A stretch of 59,516 bases of DNA. Origin: Chthoniobacteraceae bacterium. Its GTDB lineage: Bacteria > Verrucomicrobiota > Verrucomicrobiia > Chthoniobacterales > Chthoniobacteraceae. This document shows positions 54,783 to 59,516 of this stretch, piece by piece. The notes beneath the pieces were generated by a model. The model saw nothing but the letters and a program-made list of their open reading frames with translations, did no database searches and was not told the DNA's origin. Positions within the stretch are counted from its first letter, which is position 1; the number at the start of each line of letters is the position of its first letter. The translations under genes were made by a program, and so were the position numbers. Location: assembly GCA_031409335.1 (NCBI GenBank), contig JANNWY010000317.1, forward strand, positions 1-59,516, in the 5' to 3' direction.

Positions 54783-57700
54783 ATGGATGATCGATTCGCT
54801 ACGGGCCACCCACGACTGAAACCGCTGCGCCAGATTTTGGCGGAAATAGGCACATTCGCCCTGGTAGCTTGGCACAGCGTATTCCTGCCGGTCATACCAA
54901 TAATTCTGGCTACGCCTCCAACTCGCACTTTCGCCGAGTCGAGTTCAAGCACTGTGGAAGACGAGATAACCACTCGCGGCGAAGTGGCAGAGATAGCTGC
55001 CGCGGCGATAGGGGAGTTTGATCGCTATGTCCCGGGTGGCGCCGCGCCGAGTGTTCGGTTCGCCCTGCGGCGGTGGAACGCCGTCACAAAGAGCCGCGAG
55101 AATCTTTCCGTGACGCAATGGGATCTTCAACTCCTGGCCCGTCCCTTCTATGACGCCCTTCGTGCGCAGGGACTTTGGATCGCGTATCCGTGGACCGAGG
55201 AATCGCTGGACATCGAAAACTGGCGAACAGCGACTCGCAAGGAGGCAAAATCGGTCTTTGTCTTCGATTGGGCGAAATTGATCGCGCAAATTCAGGAGCA
55301 AAATCGCGCGTCGCAAGTGGAGGCAGTGCCACCTGCCGAAACCGACGAGTTGGCTGCCAAGGACAGCCCGGCGGCGATGGACGCTTCTCTCGAAGCACGG
55401 GAAGGAGACTCGCCGAACAGGGCCACGACGAATCCGGAGACGGTTCAACTTGAGTCTCCAATAAACGAAACCGATCTTGACTCTTCTGGAGCGGCATTGA
55501 GTTCCGCCTTTACGGAAATCGTCGGATTTACGCCCGGAAATCCCGCGGTGGAACAAGGGGGCGCGTCCACCTATCGCATCCCAATCGTCGTATCGCCAGG
55601 CTCCGGCGGGATGCAACCGAAACTCGCCCTCGCCTACAGCAGCCGCGGCGGCAATGGCATCATGGGAGTCGGGTGGGCGCTGGAAGGTCTTTCCTCCATC
55701 ACTCGCTGTCCATCGACTCGTGCGCAGGATGGCTGGATCGACGGCGTCGATTTCCAGCCGGTGACATCGGCCAACCGCGATCGGTATTGCCTCGATGGCC
55801 AGCGCCTCATGGCGATTAGCGGTCAGGATGGAGCCAATGATGCCGAGTATAGGACCGAGATCAATTCTTTCACGAAAGTCATTTCTTACGGCCAGCAGGG
55901 CAAAGGTCCGTCCTATTTCAAAGCGTGGACCAAAAGCGGGTTGATCCTGACCTTCGGCAATACTGCCGACTCGAAGCTGACCGCCACGGGCGAAAGCGAT
56001 GGCACGATCCTCAACTGGGCCGTGAACCGAATCGAGGACACGGCAGGCAACTTCATGCGCCTGACCTATTCCAGGGTTTCCGCTTCCGGGGAACAATACA
56101 TTTCTCTCATCGAATATACCGGCAATGGCTCCATTTTACCCTCGGCACGGGTGGTCTTCGTCTTTGCGGCGCGAACCGATGCGCAGAATGGGTTTGTGGC
56201 CGGATCGAAAACCTCCACTGCGAAACGGCTGACTAACATCAGGTGTGAGGTGGAGGTCGATGGTGTCTATGTCCCGGCGCGGACTTATACTCTCACCTAC
56301 GAATATGGCACAGGTACTTTGCGATCCCGGCTCGCCAGCGTTCAGGAAAGTGTAGATACCGAGGCCTATCGGGCCACGACTTTCCAATACACCGAAGCAA
56401 CGGAGACCTTGAGTTTGGCTCAAAGCGCCGCAGACTAGGGAACTTTCTCGCAGAACGAATTCTGGCGTGAAGGGGATTTCAATGGCGATGGACGCAGCGA
56501 TCTTGCGAAAATTTCGCGGCTGACGACTGGAAAGGTCAAAGTTGAAGTGTCACTTTCCAACGGCAGCACCATTGGGACGCGGACTGAGTGGACCATTAGC
56601 AGCAGCGTGGACTTTTACTCATCGGATCGCTGGCTAACTGGCGATTTTTCCGGCGATGGGCGGCTCGACCTTGCGCGCGTCACGGTCTCCAATGGGAAAG
56701 CGGGCGCAACGATCTTGCGAAACATTGGCAATGCATTCAGCCGCGAAAGCTGGGCGTTCGAGGCGACGCCCCTGAAAGCGGGCTCAGTAGTTTTGCCCGC
56801 CGATTACAATGGCGATGGCAAGATGGACATTGCTATACTGACCGGCGACAGCGCCGATGGGACCAGCGGCAATCTAAGCGCGGTAATTCTGAAAAATTAC
56901 GGCACTTACTTCGCCGCAGAAACTTGGGCCTATGGAATTACGCAACGCAGCGGGCGCTGGTTTGTCTCGGATTTTACCGGGGATGGACTGCCGGACCTCG
57001 CCCGCCTCTTCGACCCGGGCACCGGTGGCACTGTGCATCTTCTGCGAAACAACTTCCACAGTGGCACCGGTAGCTTTTCGACGGAGGCATGGCTCACCGG
57101 TGGAGGCTCGACTGTCACGCAATTCTGGCAAACTGGCGATTTCAACGGCGACGGATTGCAGGATTTGCTGGCGATCCCGACCACCGTCACCGGTTCCACG
57201 GTTCAAAACGTCTTCATTTCAACCGGGCGCTCGTTCGCTTGGGCGGATTGGGGTCGGATGATTGCCGCCAGCAATCCGACCGAGCTCCGCGTCGGCGATT
57301 TCAACGGCGATCAGCGCAGCGACTTTGTCCTGATGACGAGATCGCGCACGTTGCTTTCGGACGAACCTGAACCCAGTCCGGATATTTTCCGAAACGATTA
57401 TAGCTACCGAATCTATTTTTCGAATGGTGGTGGGTTCGCGGCGCAAGCGACTGCGGGCAACCATTCTACGATTAGCAGTTCGCGTTCGTCTGAAGGCACG
57501 ATTCAATGGCTGGCAGCGGACTTTACTGGCGATGGAAAGGAAGACCTGGGCCGCGTTTTTAACCGCGGGGAGTGGACGACGAATCAACAAACCACCGGTA
57601 CGGCCCGTCTCGACCTTTGGACGTCGAACCATGTCCGCGCCGATCTCTTGACGTCCGTGACAAATGGTTTGGGTCTGGTTTCGCGCTTTGTCTATTCTTC

Positions 57701-59381
57701 TCTCTGCAATTCCGCAGTTTACAATCCAGGCACGGATGCCGTAGCACCGACTATCGACCTGACCGTCCCTATCATTGTCGTGCAACGAGGCGTGTATGAG
57801 GATGGGCGAGAGCTGACTTATGCGATCGACTATCGCTACAGCGGTTTAAGAGCGAATCCCGATCGAGGCTTGCTCGGTTTCGCACAAATGACCGCTCAGG
57901 ACTGGCGCAACGACACGACGGTGAGGACGACGTTCCGCCAGGACTATCCATTCATCGGGCTTCCCTTGGTGACGGTAACAAGTGACATCACAGGAAAATT
58001 TCTCGCTCGGTCCATAAACACCTATTCCGAAGTCGTCCAGCACGTCGGCAAAGTCCACTTCCCCTACATCCAGCAGAATATTTCGCAGAAATTTGAAATC
58101 GACGCTGCAAATTCGCTGGTTTCGACAATCACGACTCAGACCTTTCCCAGCCAGGATGACTACGCCAACGCGGATCAGGTGCTCGTGACCGCTTCCGATG
58201 GTTATCAGAAAAATACCGTCAGCACCTTCGCGAACGATGCGGCCACCTGGCGGATCGGGCGGGTGCTGATGAGCACGGTGACCAGTTCCGGCCCCGACTT
58301 GGTCAGTAGTGGCCGCCGCTCGTCTTTCACGTACAGTCCCTCCAACGGCCAGGTGAATCGGGAAACGATTCAACCGAGTGATGGAATACGCACTCTCAAC
58401 ACCGACTATACGCACGATCAATTCGGCAATGTCCTGACAACGACGGTGTCCGGAGCGGACATTGTGTCCCGCACCACGACGGTGGCCTACGATTCAAAGG
58501 GCCGCTTTGCCACGAGCGCAACCAACGCGCTGGGGCATCAGGCCACGAGCACCTTTTCGCCGATTCACGGAGGTCTTCTCACGGTGACCGACCCCAATGG
58601 ACTGACCACGACGAACGTCTATGACGCCTTTGGCCGCAAAAAAAGAGAGGTTCGGCCGGATCTGAACGATACCCTGATTGCTTACCAATGGGCACAAACC
58701 GGCGATCCCGCCTATTCCGTTTCCGAAACACCTGCCGGCGGGCCGCCGATGATTAACTACTTCGATAAATTTGGCCGTGAAGTTCAGAGCAGAACGACCA
58801 GCGCCACGGGTCAGTTGGTCGTCGTCGATTCGCGTTATGATTCTCTGGGCCGAAAGTATCGGACATGCAGACCGAGGTTTTCCGGAGCACCGCAATTGTG
58901 GATCACCTCCACCTTTGACTCGCTTAACCGGATTGTTTCCATTAGCACGCCCAAGGACGGCGGTGGGGAGAGCATTGCAAACTATGCCTACACCTACTCG
59001 GCGGCGCTCCAGCGTTCCATCACGACCGTTACCGATGCGCTGAACCACACAACTGCCTCCCAATACAACAGCCAGAATCAACTGGCGCGCGTGACTGACC
59101 ACGTGGGCGGCAGGGTGGACTATACTTACGATGTTTCCGGAAAAGTCGCGAGGACCACCGACGCATACGGGAACGCGACCGATATTACTTACGACGCGCG
59201 AGGGCAAAAAACCGGCCTTTCCGATCCCGATATGGGGACGTGGGATTACTTCTACAATTCAACCGGGGAACTCATCCAGCAGACCGATGCGAAGGGACAA
59301 AGCATCTCCTTCACGTACGACAAACTCGGGCGGATGACCTCGCGGCAGGAGCCGGAGGGAACGACGACTTGGACTTACTGA
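54783..59381 (+). pseudogene. SpvB/TcdB-like + FG-GAP + YD/RHS repeat protein, interrupted by an in-frame TAG at 56436-56438 and ending without an RHS core
   Basis: ORFs 54783-56438 and 56547-59381 share a frame, and the gap translates as GTFSQNEFWREGDFNGDGRSDL. Motifs: IPI..PG.GG.QP.L.L.YSS..GNG..G.GW, seven D(F/Y)xGD repeats, YD repeats and DPDMG.W.Y.YN. Confidence 0.85.
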
Positions 59382-59421
59382 GGAGGTTGCAGGATTGACT
59401 ACACGGCTTATGGCGCTGAAC

Positions 59422-59516
59422 GCGCCGGAGGCGCAGTGGAAATTAGCCGGTGGTGAAGCGAGTCCGCGAGCGGGAACCACCGGTTCTCGAAATTGAAAGA
59501 ACCCGCCCCGGAGGGG
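59422..59516. repeat. REP-like palindromic element, running off the window end
   Basis: GCGCC-GGA-GGCGC hairpin (59422-59434), CCGGTGGT/ACCACCGG inverted pair (59447-59454 and 59476-59483), terminal GCCCCGGAGGGG. Confidence 0.6.

Noticed and set aside
56436..56438. Genome-wide TAG reassignment or pyrrolysine
   Set aside because: Conserved genes here (mrp, pyrC, tatC, gspG) end at TAG at the expected lengths, and no pyl genes or suppressor tRNA were seen.

Overview
A high-GC bacterial chromosomal segment. The gene families and style suggest Verrucomicrobiota, possibly Chthoniobacterales-like; this is inference, not a database result. In order: (1) the 5' end of a type IV pilin gene (minus strand, cut by the window edge) divergent from an ~11 kb glycan-modification locus with three GT-C-type membrane glycosyltransferases (one TPR-fused), an ArnC-like GT2, two methyltransferases, a PhyH-type dioxygenase, a GNAT, WbqC and a WecE aminotransferase, with several sigma54-type promoter motifs; (2) mrp, a mazEF-type TA pair, a palindromic repeat element and a gene remnant; (3) pyrR-pyrB-[UPF0175/PIN pair]-pyrC, with a PyrR-binding RNA hairpin covering the pyrR ribosome-binding site; (4) rhamnogalacturonan lyase and acetylesterase, yhbY, GTP-PEPCK, a rhomboid-like protein, purF, EVE, LMF and a nucleotidyltransferase pair; (5) a type II secretion-like operon G-H-I-J-K-L-M-X-D-E-F followed by a peptidoglycan-binding protein and NamZ; (6) dusB, cysI, a GH5-like hydrolase, tatC, a signal-peptide-bearing PD-(D/E)XK-like protein, ribBA and pfk; (7) a large SpvB/FG-GAP/YD(RHS) gene interrupted by an in-frame TAG and ending before any RHS core or toxin. 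Inverted heptamer/nonamer tandem repeats and REP-like palindromes are scattered throughout. No rRNA, tRNA, CRISPR array or transposase was recognised. The best candidate for an undescribed system is the sigma54-linked pilin/GT-C glycosylation locus at 1-11277.
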